Shown here: positions 18,951 to 28,654 of the stretch, in pieces
Numbering within the stretch: position 1 is the first letter of the stretch
How the letters are laid out: each line of letters opens with the position of its first letter
Assembly (NCBI GenBank): GCA_965216875.1
Contig: OZ244207.1
Span: 6,304,001-6,368,000, forward strand
DNA: 64,000 bases
Reading direction: 5' to 3'
DNA from: Rubripirellula sp.
GTDB taxonomy: Bacteria > Planctomycetota > Planctomycetia > Pirellulales > Pirellulaceae
Position numbers and translations under genes: made by a program
Notes under the pieces: model-generated
What the model saw: the letters and a program-made list of their open reading frames with translations, nothing else
What the model was told of the DNA's origin: nothing
Database searches by the model: none

Positions 18951-19349
18951 GTGTTTGATTCGTCCAGCGCACGCCTGTTATTGATCGAGAAGGAGCCAGT
19001 CCTTCGCGAGTTGACCACCTTTCGACTGCAGCTCTTGGGTTACCAGATTCATGTGGTTGAATCGGGGGCCGAAGCGATGGTCGAAATCGGACGCGATGCG
19101 CCCAACCTCGTGATCGTCAACACCACGCTCGCCGACGGCGATGGGATCGAATGGATCGCGCGAATGCGAAGTGAGTACACGGCGGAACAAGTGCCGGTCC
19201 TTGTATTTTCACTCGACCCAAGTTTGGAAACGGTGGAACGAGCGTTCCATTCGGGCGCCCAAGACTATTTGATCACGCCCTTTGATCCGACCGTCATGGA
19301 AGAAAAGATCGAAGCGTTGCTTACCGGACAACATGCGGCGACCAAATAG
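18951..19349 (+). CDS. Single-domain response regulator (pseudo-receiver)
   Basis: Receiver fold (LLLIEKE..PNLVIVN..GAQDYLITPF); GTG 18951 after GAAAGGGGG. Confidence 0.85.
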   Translation: MFDSSSARLLLIEKEPVLRELTTFRLQLLGYQIHVVESGAEAMVEIGRDAPNLVIVNTTLADGDGIEWIARMRSEYTAEQVPVLVFSLDPSLETVERAFHSGAQDYLITPFDPTVMEEKIEALLTGQHAATK

Positions 19350-19411
19350 CAGCCACCTCACCCTACCTACCACCCTGCCCCTTCCCTGATGGGACAACCG
19401 AGACCCATGCG

Positions 19412-21163
19412 ATGCGACGACTTGGCGATATCCTGATCGAAAAGGGAACGCTTACCGAAGAACAACTCGAGGAAGCGTTCAGCACCAAACCACGCGACAC
19501 GATGTTGGGTGATTGGTTGGTTCGCCAACGACTGTTGTCGGTGGCCGAGCTCGGTTATGCGCTCGCCGATCAATTCGAAGTCCCCTACATCGATATCGAT
19601 CCTGCCAACGTGGACCCGCAAGTCGCGCGTTTGTTGCCCGAGGACTTTGCACGCTCTCACCTAGCCGGTGCGATCGAGATTTCACAGGGCCATATGACCC
19701 TTGCGATGGTTGCTCCGGACGACATCGGCACCATCGCCGAGGCGGAACTCATGACGGGTTATCAGATTCGGCCCGCTGTCGCGATGGAAGAGGATATCGA
19801 CGCGTTCATCAGTCGGATGTACGACGATCGAAGTGTCGCACGTCAGACGATCGTTGACATGAAGCTTGCCGAACTACGCGAAGCGGGTGTCAACGCCGAC
19901 GAGAACAACGGCGCGATGTTGGCGGCCGAACAGGAAGATGCACCGGTGGTTCGCCTTGTTCAAGCGATCCTTGCCGGGGCCGTTTCGGCCGGGGCGAGCG
20001 ACGTGCACTTGGAGCCGTTCAAACCAGAAATGCGCGTTCGCTATCGCGTCGACGGCGAACTGCAACAAGTGATGACGATTCCGAACCATATCGAAGATTC
20101 AGTGGTCAGCCGGATCAAAGTCATGGCCGATATGGACACGACCGAGAATCGCCGACCACAAGACGGACACCTGAGCGTTTTCGAAAATGGACACCGGGTC
20201 GGATTTCGTGTCAGCGGCATTCCAACGGTTGACGGCCAAAAGCTGGTTCTTCGACTCCTCGAAGAAGGCAGCAAAACGTTCGCTCTCGATAGCATCGGGA
20301 TGACCCGACGCGACTACGAGCGAATGCGCGCGATGATCGACAAGCCGCACGGAATGTTCGTCGTTACTGGCCCGACCGGTAGCGGAAAAAGCACGACGCT
20401 GTACGCAGCACTCCAACACCTTAACGGTGACGACCGCAACATTGTGACCGTTGAAGACCCCGTCGAATACCGTATTGCTGGCATCAATCAAGTGCAAAGC
20501 GACAACGAATTCGGAATGGGTTTTGCCAACGCACTCAAGTTCATCATGCGACAAGACCCCGACGTGATCATGGTCGGTGAAATTCGAGATAGTGAAACGG
20601 CAACAACTGCGATCCAAGCGGCGCTGACTGGCCACTTGATGATCAGCACACTGCACACAAACGATGCCGTTGGCGCGGTTCAGCGTCTGAGTGACCTTGG
20701 CGTCGACAATTTTAAGATTGCTGGTTCGTTGCTCGGAAGCGTCGCCCAACGTCTGCTTCGTTGCGTCTGCGAAAACTGCAAACGCAGCGTTCCGGCAAAC
20801 GAAAACATGTTGAATGCACTCGACCCCGAGGGGACCGTGCCTCGCGATGCAAAGTTCTATCGCGGTGACGGCTGCAAGAAATGTTTGGGCACCGGTTTTA
20901 GTGGACGGATACCGATCTTCGAGATCATGCCCATCACGCCTGACATCACGATGGCCATCGAAGCCGGCGTGCCCCATTCGAAGTTGCACCAAATGGCGGT
21001 TGATGCCGGAATGGTGCAATTGTCGCTAGCCGGTTTGGAACAGGCACTCGCAGGGCGCACGTCGATCGAAGAGGTGTACTTCAAGACGAGTGGCGATCGA
21101 CGAGGTGGTGACTCGGCCCCCGTCGCAGGCGGCCGCCGTGAACTCGACGCAGCGCACGCATAG
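19412..21163 (+). CDS. pilB: PilB/GspE-family pilus assembly ATPase with N-terminal MshEN-like domain
   Basis: RLGDILIEKG..; ASDVHLEP; GPTGSGKST; EDPVE; RQDPDVIMVGEIRD; LTGH..STLHTND; two CxxC pairs. Confidence 0.93.
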   Translation: MRRLGDILIEKGTLTEEQLEEAFSTKPRDTMLGDWLVRQRLLSVAELGYALADQFEVPYIDIDPANVDPQVARLLPEDFARSHLAGAIEISQGHMTLAMVAPDDIGTIAEAELMTGYQIRPAVAMEEDIDAFISRMYDDRSVARQTIVDMKLAELREAGVNADENNGAMLAAEQEDAPVVRLVQAILAGAVSAGASDVHLEPFKPEMRVRYRVDGELQQVMTIPNHIEDSVVSRIKVMADMDTTENRRPQDGHLSVFENGHRVGFRVSGIPTVDGQKLVLRLLEEGSKTFALDSIGMTRRDYERMRAMIDKPHGMFVVTGPTGSGKSTTLYAALQHLNGDDRNIVTVEDPVEYRIAGINQVQSDNEFGMGFANALKFIMRQDPDVIMVGEIRDSETATTAIQAALTGHLMISTLHTNDAVGAVQRLSDLGVDNFKIAGSLLGSVAQRLLRCVCENCKRSVPANENMLNALDPEGTVPRDAKFYRGDGCKKCLGTGFSGRIPIFEIMPITPDITMAIEAGVPHSKLHQMAVDAGMVQLSLAGLEQALAGRTSIEEVYFKTSGDRRGGDSAPVAGGRRELDAAHA

Positions 21164-21172
21164 GAGAACGTC

Positions 21173-22318
21173 GTGGTAAGCAAAGCAATCTCCCGACCCG
21201 CTGGCGAAAGCGGCATCCTTGGCTTCTTCAAGAAGTTGCACTCGATCCAGATCGGAGGGCCAAAACATGGTGATCCGACTCGCATTAAGCCAAACCAGCT
21301 CGCAGAGATTCTGCGATTGCTGTTGATGCTGCTCGAAAACGGCCTTTCGATGCCAAAGGCGCTCGCATCACTTGCGTCCGACCAATCGATGAAGAAGCAT
21401 GCACAGGTGTTGCATCGATTGCGATTGAATCTTGAGGCGGGTGGATCGCTCAGCAGTGGGATGGAGCTCTTTCCGCGTACGTTCACTCCGATGCAGGTCC
21501 AACAAATCCGTATTGGTGAACAGACCGGGGCGCTCGAAAGAGCACTCGATCGGGTTTGCGAACAGATGGAACGCCAGGCTGCACTGCGAAAACGGATCAT
21601 CAAGAAGATCAGCTATCCCATTCTGATCACCGTCGCGGGCGCAGGCTTGATGATCTTTATGTGTGTGGTGGTGGTCCCCGAATTTGAAACCGTGTACTCG
21701 GGGAGCGGCGTCGATTTGCCGACCGTCACGCGGGTCGTGACGGGAACCAGCCGTTTCGTCATTCGCTGGGGGTGGATCGCACTTCCCGCGATTGCCTTGA
21801 CGTTGACCGCTTGGGTCATGGCCAGGTCGCGGCCCCGTACAGCACGAAAAATCGATGCGGCGCTCTTGCGATTGCCGCTGGTTGGTCCCTGGCTTCGCGA
21901 CGTTGCTGTGTTGCAGTTCGCCGAGGCAATCTCGTCGATGATCGAATGTGGTTACAAACCCGTCGACGCCGTTCGCGTTGCGACCAACTGCGTCCGCAAT
22001 CTCGAAGTACGAGGGGCTGTGGATGAGGTTCAACGGGGCGTTCAGCGGGGCGAGAAGCTCAGTGACGAATTGCAAAAGCACGAGCGGTTCTTTTCCGCAA
22101 CGCTCTGCCAGTTGGTTGGTGTCGGCGAACAGTCGGGCGAGTTCGGCAAGGCAATGCGCGGCACGTGCGACCATCTTCGTGAACGACTTGAAACGCGAAT
22201 TGACGCCACCGTCGGCATGCTTGAACCGACGCTGACAATCACCCTTGCCGCAGCGATTGGTGGCATCGTGTTGTCAATCTACACGCCGATGTTTCATATG
22301 TTTGAGGTGCTCGAATGA
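21173..22318 (+). CDS. pilC: PilC/GspF-family inner-membrane platform protein
   Basis: Two T2SSF repeats (GEQTGAL; GEQSGEF), SYPILI, LEPTL..IYTPMF. Confidence 0.9.
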   Translation: MVSKAISRPAGESGILGFFKKLHSIQIGGPKHGDPTRIKPNQLAEILRLLLMLLENGLSMPKALASLASDQSMKKHAQVLHRLRLNLEAGGSLSSGMELFPRTFTPMQVQQIRIGEQTGALERALDRVCEQMERQAALRKRIIKKISYPILITVAGAGLMIFMCVVVVPEFETVYSGSGVDLPTVTRVVTGTSRFVIRWGWIALPAIALTLTAWVMARSRPRTARKIDAALLRLPLVGPWLRDVAVLQFAEAISSMIECGYKPVDAVRVATNCVRNLEVRGAVDEVQRGVQRGEKLSDELQKHERFFSATLCQLVGVGEQSGEFGKAMRGTCDHLRERLETRIDATVGMLEPTLTITLAAAIGGIVLSIYTPMFHMFEVLE

Positions 22319-22647
22319 TCCGATCACGATCGCGTGGATTCACCCTGCTGGAACTGATCGCCGCCGTCATCATTGCATCGATGTTGATGGTCCTGAGTAT
22401 TCGGTTCATGCGCCCGCCCGCAGAAGCAGGCTCACAGCGCAGCTGCGACTTGACGCGTCAATTACTACAGAACGATGCCGACCGTTTTCTCGAAACCGTT
22501 GGCCGCTCGCCATCACGCGACCTCCGCGAACTGCGCAGCGATGACTATTCCGGAGTCGTCCTCCCGACTTGCCCGGTCACCGGCGAACCGTATTCGATCG
22601 ACAACTCGGGCGTCGTCGTGTGCCCAACTCACGAAGCAACACGCTGA
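22315..22647 (+). CDS. Small type IV pilin/pseudopilin
   Basis: Class III signal RSRG|FTLLELI; C-terminal CPVTGEPY..CPTH; overlaps the pilC stop. Confidence 0.88.
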   Translation: MIRSRSRGFTLLELIAAVIIASMLMVLSIRFMRPPAEAGSQRSCDLTRQLLQNDADRFLETVGRSPSRDLRELRSDDYSGVVLPTCPVTGEPYSIDNSGVVVCPTHEATR

Positions 22648-22696
22648 AGAACCAGTTCAGACGTCCACCTGCGAGACGCCCTTTGGCGGGATGCGA

Positions 22697-22756
22697 GAAG
22701 ATTCCGGCTGAAGCTCGGTACTACGAACCACTGATCTGCACTGATCGAACACTGAT
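22697..22756. repeat. REP family A half fused to a ~10-bp triple repeat
   Basis: gaagattccggctgaagctcggtactacgaac overlapping aaccactgat-ctgcactgat-cgaacactgat. Confidence 0.75.
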
Positions 22757-22895
22757 TTGGCTCAGGCATCAGAATGCCACGCGATATGCGGACACACTCA
22801 CCCGTGTCCCCTTTTCCGCCGCCTGTGCGCCGCGTGCAGATTTGGGAAGATGCAATCATGGACTGCGCCGTCGAATTCATGGAGGAGGCATGTAG

Positions 22896-23792
22896 ATGAA
22901 GTCGATGTTTCGATCCGATTCATCCAAAGCGTTGATGCTTGAGTGGTACGAGCGGTTTCATGATCGTTTGTGCGTCCCGACGGAGCGTCGTACGGTGAAC
23001 ACACGGTGCGGTGAGACGCACGTTTTGGTTGGCGGTCGAGCAGAGAGTCCCCCCGTTGTGTTGTTGCATGGCGCCATGGCCAGCTCGGCCCATGTCATGG
23101 TCGAGGCGGCGCCGCTGCTAGACCGGTATCGCATCTACGCTGTCGATGTAATGGGTCAGTCGCCTAAGAGCGCCGACTATCGACCATCGGTTGCCAATCA
23201 GGAATACGGCCAGTGGCTCGGTGACGTGATGGATGCCCTCGAGCTCCCGCGTGCCCATCTCGTTGGTATCAGTTGGGGTGGATTTGTGTCCTTGCAACTT
23301 GCCGCGCTTTCGCCTCAGCGCATCGAGCGTTTGGTTCTGATGGTCCCCGCTGGAATCATCAATACGCCAGCTTGGACGGGGTTCAAAAGGATGGGACTGC
23401 CCTTGCTGTTGTATCGGTTGTTTCCCACCGATCGCCGGTTACAGGCGTTTCTGCGGAACCTGTTGACCACGACCGATGATGACTGGGCAAGTTATCTGCG
23501 TGATGCGCTGGGGGCATACAGGCTCGACATGCGTGTACCCCCCTTGATCCGACCGGGCACCCTAGATGACTTGACGGCGCCGACGTTGGTCATCGCGGCC
23601 GACGGCGACGCGAGCTTCCCGGGATCTAAATTGCTCAAGCGTGCCAGCGAGCTCATCCCTTCTTTGGTTGGTCAGGAGCTTCTGTCGGACAGCAACCATT
23701 GCCCGCCAACAACCGACGAGTTTCGTGCATGGATGAGCGAGAGGATCGGTGCATTCTTGGACGGCGATCAGGACCAGTCTGCTGCACGATGA
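22896..23792 (+). CDS. Alpha/beta hydrolase (carboxylesterase-like)
   Basis: LLHG oxyanion motif, GISWGG nucleophile elbow; GGAGGAGG RBS. Confidence 0.9.
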   Translation: MKSMFRSDSSKALMLEWYERFHDRLCVPTERRTVNTRCGETHVLVGGRAESPPVVLLHGAMASSAHVMVEAAPLLDRYRIYAVDVMGQSPKSADYRPSVANQEYGQWLGDVMDALELPRAHLVGISWGGFVSLQLAALSPQRIERLVLMVPAGIINTPAWTGFKRMGLPLLLYRLFPTDRRLQAFLRNLLTTTDDDWASYLRDALGAYRLDMRVPPLIRPGTLDDLTAPTLVIAADGDASFPGSKLLKRASELIPSLVGQELLSDSNHCPPTTDEFRAWMSERIGAFLDGDQDQSAAR

Positions 23793-23819
23793 GTTGACTC
23801 GCTCTTCTGAGATCACTTG

Positions 23820-24326
23820 CTAGGAGTCGCTCGCTTGCGGGTCGTCGTCGATTCCACGTGCTTTTAACACGACGTCTTGTTCGAGTGACGCGCGTAGATC
23901 TTGGAACGATTTGCGGACGGGTGAAACGAGTCTCTGCATGCTGATCTGCGCAGCTTTCAATGCCTTCAACTTTTCGAGGTTACTCAGTTGTTGCCCACGT
24001 CGAATGTCGGCGATCAGGCTTGTCGTTGTTGATTCCCACTGGGCTGCAATGGCCGCAAATCGTGTTTCTAATTGGACGACCCGATCGAGTGATGATCGAT
24101 AGCGTCCCTGTTGAAACTCCCTTTCCGCTTCAGACAATTCGACGGGAAACCCACGCAATCCACTGAGTCCGCTGATCGCGCGACCGCTGGGCAGTCCTCG
24201 TATCTCGCCTCCCGGCAATCTTTCGGTTCGTTGTATCGCAGTGACCACCAACGAAAACTGTGATGCGTTTGTTGCAGACACGTTTTGACTCAATTTCTGC
24301 TGAAGGTTCGTGTGAGCGTAAGTCAC
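23820..24326 (-). CDS. Hypothetical helical protein
   Basis: 168-aa ORF filling the gap; no motif recognised. Confidence 0.5.
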   Translation of the reverse strand: MTYAHTNLQQKLSQNVSATNASQFSLVVTAIQRTERLPGGEIRGLPSGRAISGLSGLRGFPVELSEAEREFQQGRYRSSLDRVVQLETRFAAIAAQWESTTTSLIADIRRGQQLSNLEKLKALKAAQISMQRLVSPVRKSFQDLRASLEQDVVLKARGIDDDPQASDS

Positions 24327-24460
24327 GATCCGTTCATTCTAGTGATGCGTTGGCGAGCAAGAGCCACTGGTCCGTAAAGGTCTGAACGCTGCGGTGCACG
24401 GGGTTGGTTAGTGTTCCGGACATGGGAACTGATCGGCTCGTTCGTTGAGGAGGTGGTGAG

Positions 24461-24553
24461 AACCGCAGATGAACACGAATGAACACAGATGGATGTGGAT
24501 GGTAGATAAGAGTAGATAAGAGAGCTGGGTGTGTCATGCGGAGCATGACCTAC
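24461..24553. repeat. 10-bp triple repeat plus REP family E copy
   Basis: aaccgcagat-gaacacgaat-gaacacagat (24461-24490); gtcatgcggagcatgacctac (24533-24553), also at 45222 and 59574. Confidence 0.75.
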
Positions 24554-25599
24554 GCGGCGCGTGGTGTGAGTACGGTGCAGGTGTCGCCCACTTCAAGTTG
24601 CAAGGCGTTTGCACTGGCTCGATTGATGACAAGTTCGTCAGGTGTGCAAATCGCGCTTTGGTAGACGCTTGCAAACCCACCCGCCGAACTGCATAGGATC
24701 AGCGGCAGGTTGTCGCCGGCAACTTCGTCCAAAATCTTGGTGACTTGCATCTCGCGACTGCGTCGTACCGCGTTGATTTCTGTCTTTTCGCAACTGACCA
24801 TGGGGCCGGCGTCAAAAATGTCGACAAATTCAGTCGCCTGGAACCCTTCGCTCTTGAGCAGTTTGAGGGCAGGAACCGTTTCATCATGAACCTGGCCGAT
24901 CCCTTCGCGTATTTCATCAGGCAATAGATCGAGGTAGACCGGATGCTGTGGCATCATCTCTTCGATGAACTGTTTTGAAACCGTCGACATGGCATCGACG
25001 GTTGCAAAGTCGGTGGGGATAAAGCGACCAGGTACAGCTTGCCAAAAAGGGACGCTGCCATCGGGGTTCGCTTTGCCCCGCATTTCTGCGATCACACGAT
25101 CAGCAAAGCGATGAGGCATCATCGCGATCAGTGCAAACCGAGCAAGAGACAGCCAGCGGCCACGACCCTCGCCGCGGTATTTGCCGCGCAAGAATAGGCT
25201 GCCAATCTCGGTTGGCCCATCGTGAATCCGAGTCAATTCAAGGATCGTTCGATGATGGCTGATGCCAAGCATCTCGCTGTGATGATCCGATTCGGCCAAG
25301 CGATAGGCGTACAGCGGTTGATAGCCGCCGCTCTTGGCATAGATCGTCGATGTGCCAACGAGTTCGCCAGCATCGTCGTCGACTAGGACTAAGACAAAGG
25401 GTTCGCCGCGCGGCGACAATCCGCTGCGTGAAAACGCAAAGGTGGAATGCTCGACGCGGTCAAGCAGGCGGTTGCGGTCAAGTTGCAACGAGGTGAGTCC
25501 CTTGGTCGCCGATTGAACCAATTGGTTCAATGCGTCGAGGTCATCGAGTCGAACTGCGCGAACCGTCCACATACCGAAACCGCCAACGTTTGTTGTCAA
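24550..25599 (-). CDS. astA: Arginine N-succinyltransferase (start may be ATG 25572)
   Basis: GLTSL, TEIGSLFL, GRWLSLARF, RVIAEMRG, PFW, IGQVH, DIFDAGP motifs of AstA. Confidence 0.9.
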   Translation of the reverse strand: MTTNVGGFGMWTVRAVRLDDLDALNQLVQSATKGLTSLQLDRNRLLDRVEHSTFAFSRSGLSPRGEPFVLVLVDDDAGELVGTSTIYAKSGGYQPLYAYRLAESDHHSEMLGISHHRTILELTRIHDGPTEIGSLFLRGKYRGEGRGRWLSLARFALIAMMPHRFADRVIAEMRGKANPDGSVPFWQAVPGRFIPTDFATVDAMSTVSKQFIEEMMPQHPVYLDLLPDEIREGIGQVHDETVPALKLLKSEGFQATEFVDIFDAGPMVSCEKTEINAVRRSREMQVTKILDEVAGDNLPLILCSSAGGFASVYQSAICTPDELVINRASANALQLEVGDTCTVLTPRAA

Positions 25600-25653
25600 T
25601 AAGTGCCCCGGGCGAACATGTGCCCGAGTGAGTCCCCGGAATGCTTCGAGCGA

Positions 25654-27075
25654 CTAGCTGCCGAGTTGATTCTTGAATGCCGCGAGCGATTGATCGAGCA
25701 ACGCCAATGCCGCGTCGATGTGCTCGGTTGTCGTATTGGCGGGTGGGGGGACGAAACGAATTCGAGTCGGATCGGATCCACAGACAAAACCAAGTAAACC
25801 TGTTTCGTACATGATCGTCATCAACGTCTTGGCTTGGTCAAAGCTACCATCACCTGGCGTGAAGCCGATCATCATGCCTTCGCCGTACGGTCCGCGGACA
25901 AGCCCCGGGTATTTGTCAGCGAGACTCGCCAGTCCGGCAGCGAAGTGCTCGTGGCGTTTGACGTTTTGTCCATCGGGTCCAAAACACCCGCCCTCTTCAA
26001 GCAGGTCCAGCATCTCGATCCCGGTTGCGATGGCCGACGACGAACCGGTAAAGGTTTGACTGAGGATCGGTCCAGTCGGTTTGAAGCTTTCGCCGTAAAG
26101 CGTTGCGCAAACCTGCGTGATTTTTCCCACGGTCACAATGTCGGCAAAGTGATCGAGCTGGAAATGTTGGAACGCAAAGGGTCGACTCGTTCGTGAGAAC
26201 GATTGAACTTCGTCAAAGATGATTGTCACCCCAGCTTCGCGAAGCGGCTCGCAGAGTGCTGTGAAGAACTCTTGGCTGCCGGGATAGTATCCGCCTTCTC
26301 CGGCGATCGGTTCCGCCCAAAAGGCAGCGTAGCGGCTGGGGTGTCGTTTCAAGAGTCGATGAACTTCATCAACAGCCCATCGTTGGCTTCGCTCGGGATT
26401 GGCTGGGTCACGAAAGGGGATGTAATCGACATTCAGAGTGAGCGGCAAACCGGCTCGATAATTAGGGCGGTCGGTCAATGCCGCCATCGCCATGGTCCGT
26501 CCAGCAAACGCGTTGTCAAAGGCGATGATTCGGTCGGCAGGAGCTTTGTTGTGGAAGGCGATCTTGAGTGCGTTCTCATTCGCCATCGCACCGCTGGTCG
26601 AAAGCAGGCAGTGGTCCAGTTTTGCTCCCGACTGTGTTGCCAGCTCAAGAATCTTTTCGCACAGTTTCAGACTCGGTGGATGCTGTTGCAGGTTGCCCTG
26701 CATCACGGTGTCCTCGAGCGCCGAGTCGATCGTGGCCGAGATCATCGCTTGATCGGAATGGCCTGCGCCGTGGACACCGATGCCGCAGATGAAATCGAGC
26801 TTGACACTTCCGTCGGCCAGTTCGACGTAGGGGCCGTTGCCGAGACCTGATGAGAGGTATGGCCAAAAGGGCGTCCCCCCGCGTGCGACACCAAGTCGAT
26901 CGAGCATCGCCTGATAGCTGTCAAGCAGATCGGGCTGGGGCGGAGCAACGCCGCTGATCGCGCCACCATGTTCGGCGACTGCCTCGGCAATCAAACGCTT
27001 TGCTTCGGCGATGCGCGGGTCGGCTCGCAGAGCTTCGGCGTGAGTTGACGAGGATTGGGGTGCGGCTTGGTTCAC
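25654..27075 (-). CDS. Class III PLP aminotransferase (succinyl/acetylornithine aminotransferase-like)
   Basis: SGAMANENALK, FAGRT, EPIAGEGG, FDEVQ, GK, TF-G; GTG 27075 after AAGGAG; upstream of astA. Confidence 0.88.
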   Translation of the reverse strand: MNQAAPQSSSTHAEALRADPRIAEAKRLIAEAVAEHGGAISGVAPPQPDLLDSYQAMLDRLGVARGGTPFWPYLSSGLGNGPYVELADGSVKLDFICGIGVHGAGHSDQAMISATIDSALEDTVMQGNLQQHPPSLKLCEKILELATQSGAKLDHCLLSTSGAMANENALKIAFHNKAPADRIIAFDNAFAGRTMAMAALTDRPNYRAGLPLTLNVDYIPFRDPANPERSQRWAVDEVHRLLKRHPSRYAAFWAEPIAGEGGYYPGSQEFFTALCEPLREAGVTIIFDEVQSFSRTSRPFAFQHFQLDHFADIVTVGKITQVCATLYGESFKPTGPILSQTFTGSSSAIATGIEMLDLLEEGGCFGPDGQNVKRHEHFAAGLASLADKYPGLVRGPYGEGMMIGFTPGDGSFDQAKTLMTIMYETGLLGFVCGSDPTRIRFVPPPANTTTEHIDAALALLDQSLAAFKNQLGS

Positions 27076-27338
27076 GACGTGACTCCTTCGGTTGGATCTT
27101 GGCTGGCCCATCAGGGAGGCGATGGACACAGACATAGTAACGTTCTGGGCTGAAATGGTTCAGGGTCAGTTTTTTGGCTCGCTGTGCCGCCGCTATTGAG
27201 AATCACTGGCTTCCCAGTGTCGAATGCCCGGCCGCTCGCGCGATCACGCCTCAAAACGAGTGCTTCGGCCATGTATAAACACACATCGGGTCGCCAACCT
27301 GATCCGGACCCGAACACCAATCTCACTTTGGGCAAACC

Positions 27339-28496
27339 ATGGATCCTTCCGTCGCAAATCGAATTCTCGAGCATTTGAAACAGCGGCGCGAGGAGATGGT
27401 CGAGTTCGCCGCTACGCTGGCCGAGGTTGAGTCGCCGTCGCACGATGGCGGTTCCCAGGCAGCTGCTTTCCGTCTGCTTACTGACCGGCTCGAGGCCTTG
27501 GGGTTTCGTTGCCGCCGATTCCCTGGCGATCGAAGTGGCGGCCAGCTTTTGGCAGTGCCGGAAAAGCGAAAGCGAAAGGCACCCATTCAATTGCTTCTCG
27601 GTCATTGCGATACGGTTTGGCCGATCGGAACGGTCGAGACGATGCCCGTCCGGGTAAGCGACGGCAAGTTGTTCGGACCAGGCGTCTACGACATGAAAGG
27701 AGGGCTGACTCAGGGACTGTTTGCGATCCAAACGCTTTTGGATCTCGGCATGGAAACTGCGGTCGAGCCGATCTTCTTTATCAATTCCGACGAAGAGATT
27801 GGAAGCCGCGAATCGGAGTCAAAGATTCGCCGACTCGCAGCAGCAGTTGACCGTGTGTATGTCCTGGAACCCTCACTTGGAGAGTCGGGGAAACTGAAGA
27901 CATCACGCAAGGGTGTTGGCCGTTTTGAGATCGCGACCATCGGCAAAGCTGCCCACGCTGGATTGGATCCCGATAAAGGTGTCAGTGCCATCGTCGCGAT
28001 GGCCCAGGTGATCGAGCAGCTCGACGCGTTCAACGACAGCGCCGCCGGAGTCTCCGTGAATGTTGGAACGGTCGCGGGCGGGACTCGACCGAACGTGATC
28101 GCAGCCGAGTGCCGCGTCGAAGTGGATATCCGAGTGCGAACAATTGAGCAGGCCGAGCATATTGAAGCTGCAATCAGCAAATTGACGGTTCGCGATACAA
28201 GGGTTCGCATCGAAGTGACCGGCGGGTTTTCTCGACCGCCACTCGAAGCGACATCGCGCAACCAGGCGTTATGGGAACAGGCGAGACAAATCGCCGAGAC
28301 GCTCAGGATCCCCATCGAACAAGGGGCCGCAGGTGGTGGATCAGACGGAAATTGGACCAGCCTTTACGCCGCGACGCTGGATGGACTTGGTGCGGTTGGT
28401 GATGGCGCGCACGCGACGCACGAGCATCTGTTGATCGACAAGATGCCAGAGCGAGCAGCGCTGCTCGCATGTATGATGCTCAGCGAGCTGAATTAG
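27339..28496 (+). CDS. M20 family metallopeptidase (glutamate carboxypeptidase G2-like)
   Basis: GHCDTV, GPGVYDMKGG, DEEIGS, AAHAG, GGSDGN, AHATHE. Confidence 0.92.
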   Translation: MDPSVANRILEHLKQRREEMVEFAATLAEVESPSHDGGSQAAAFRLLTDRLEALGFRCRRFPGDRSGGQLLAVPEKRKRKAPIQLLLGHCDTVWPIGTVETMPVRVSDGKLFGPGVYDMKGGLTQGLFAIQTLLDLGMETAVEPIFFINSDEEIGSRESESKIRRLAAAVDRVYVLEPSLGESGKLKTSRKGVGRFEIATIGKAAHAGLDPDKGVSAIVAMAQVIEQLDAFNDSAAGVSVNVGTVAGGTRPNVIAAECRVEVDIRVRTIEQAEHIEAAISKLTVRDTRVRIEVTGGFSRPPLEATSRNQALWEQARQIAETLRIPIEQGAAGGGSDGNWTSLYAATLDGLGAVGDGAHATHEHLLIDKMPERAALLACMMLSELN

Positions 28497-28654
28497 GTGC
28501 GCGAAATCGCTTCGTAGACCGAGATTCTCGGGCTACATCGTGCTTTTCAGACCCCACCGATCTGCTTATTCTGGTAGGCTTCTGAGCCGATTCATGACAC
28601 ATTCATTGGGAGCTGGGGGACGATCCTGAAACAGGCGGGCATCTTCCCAAATTC

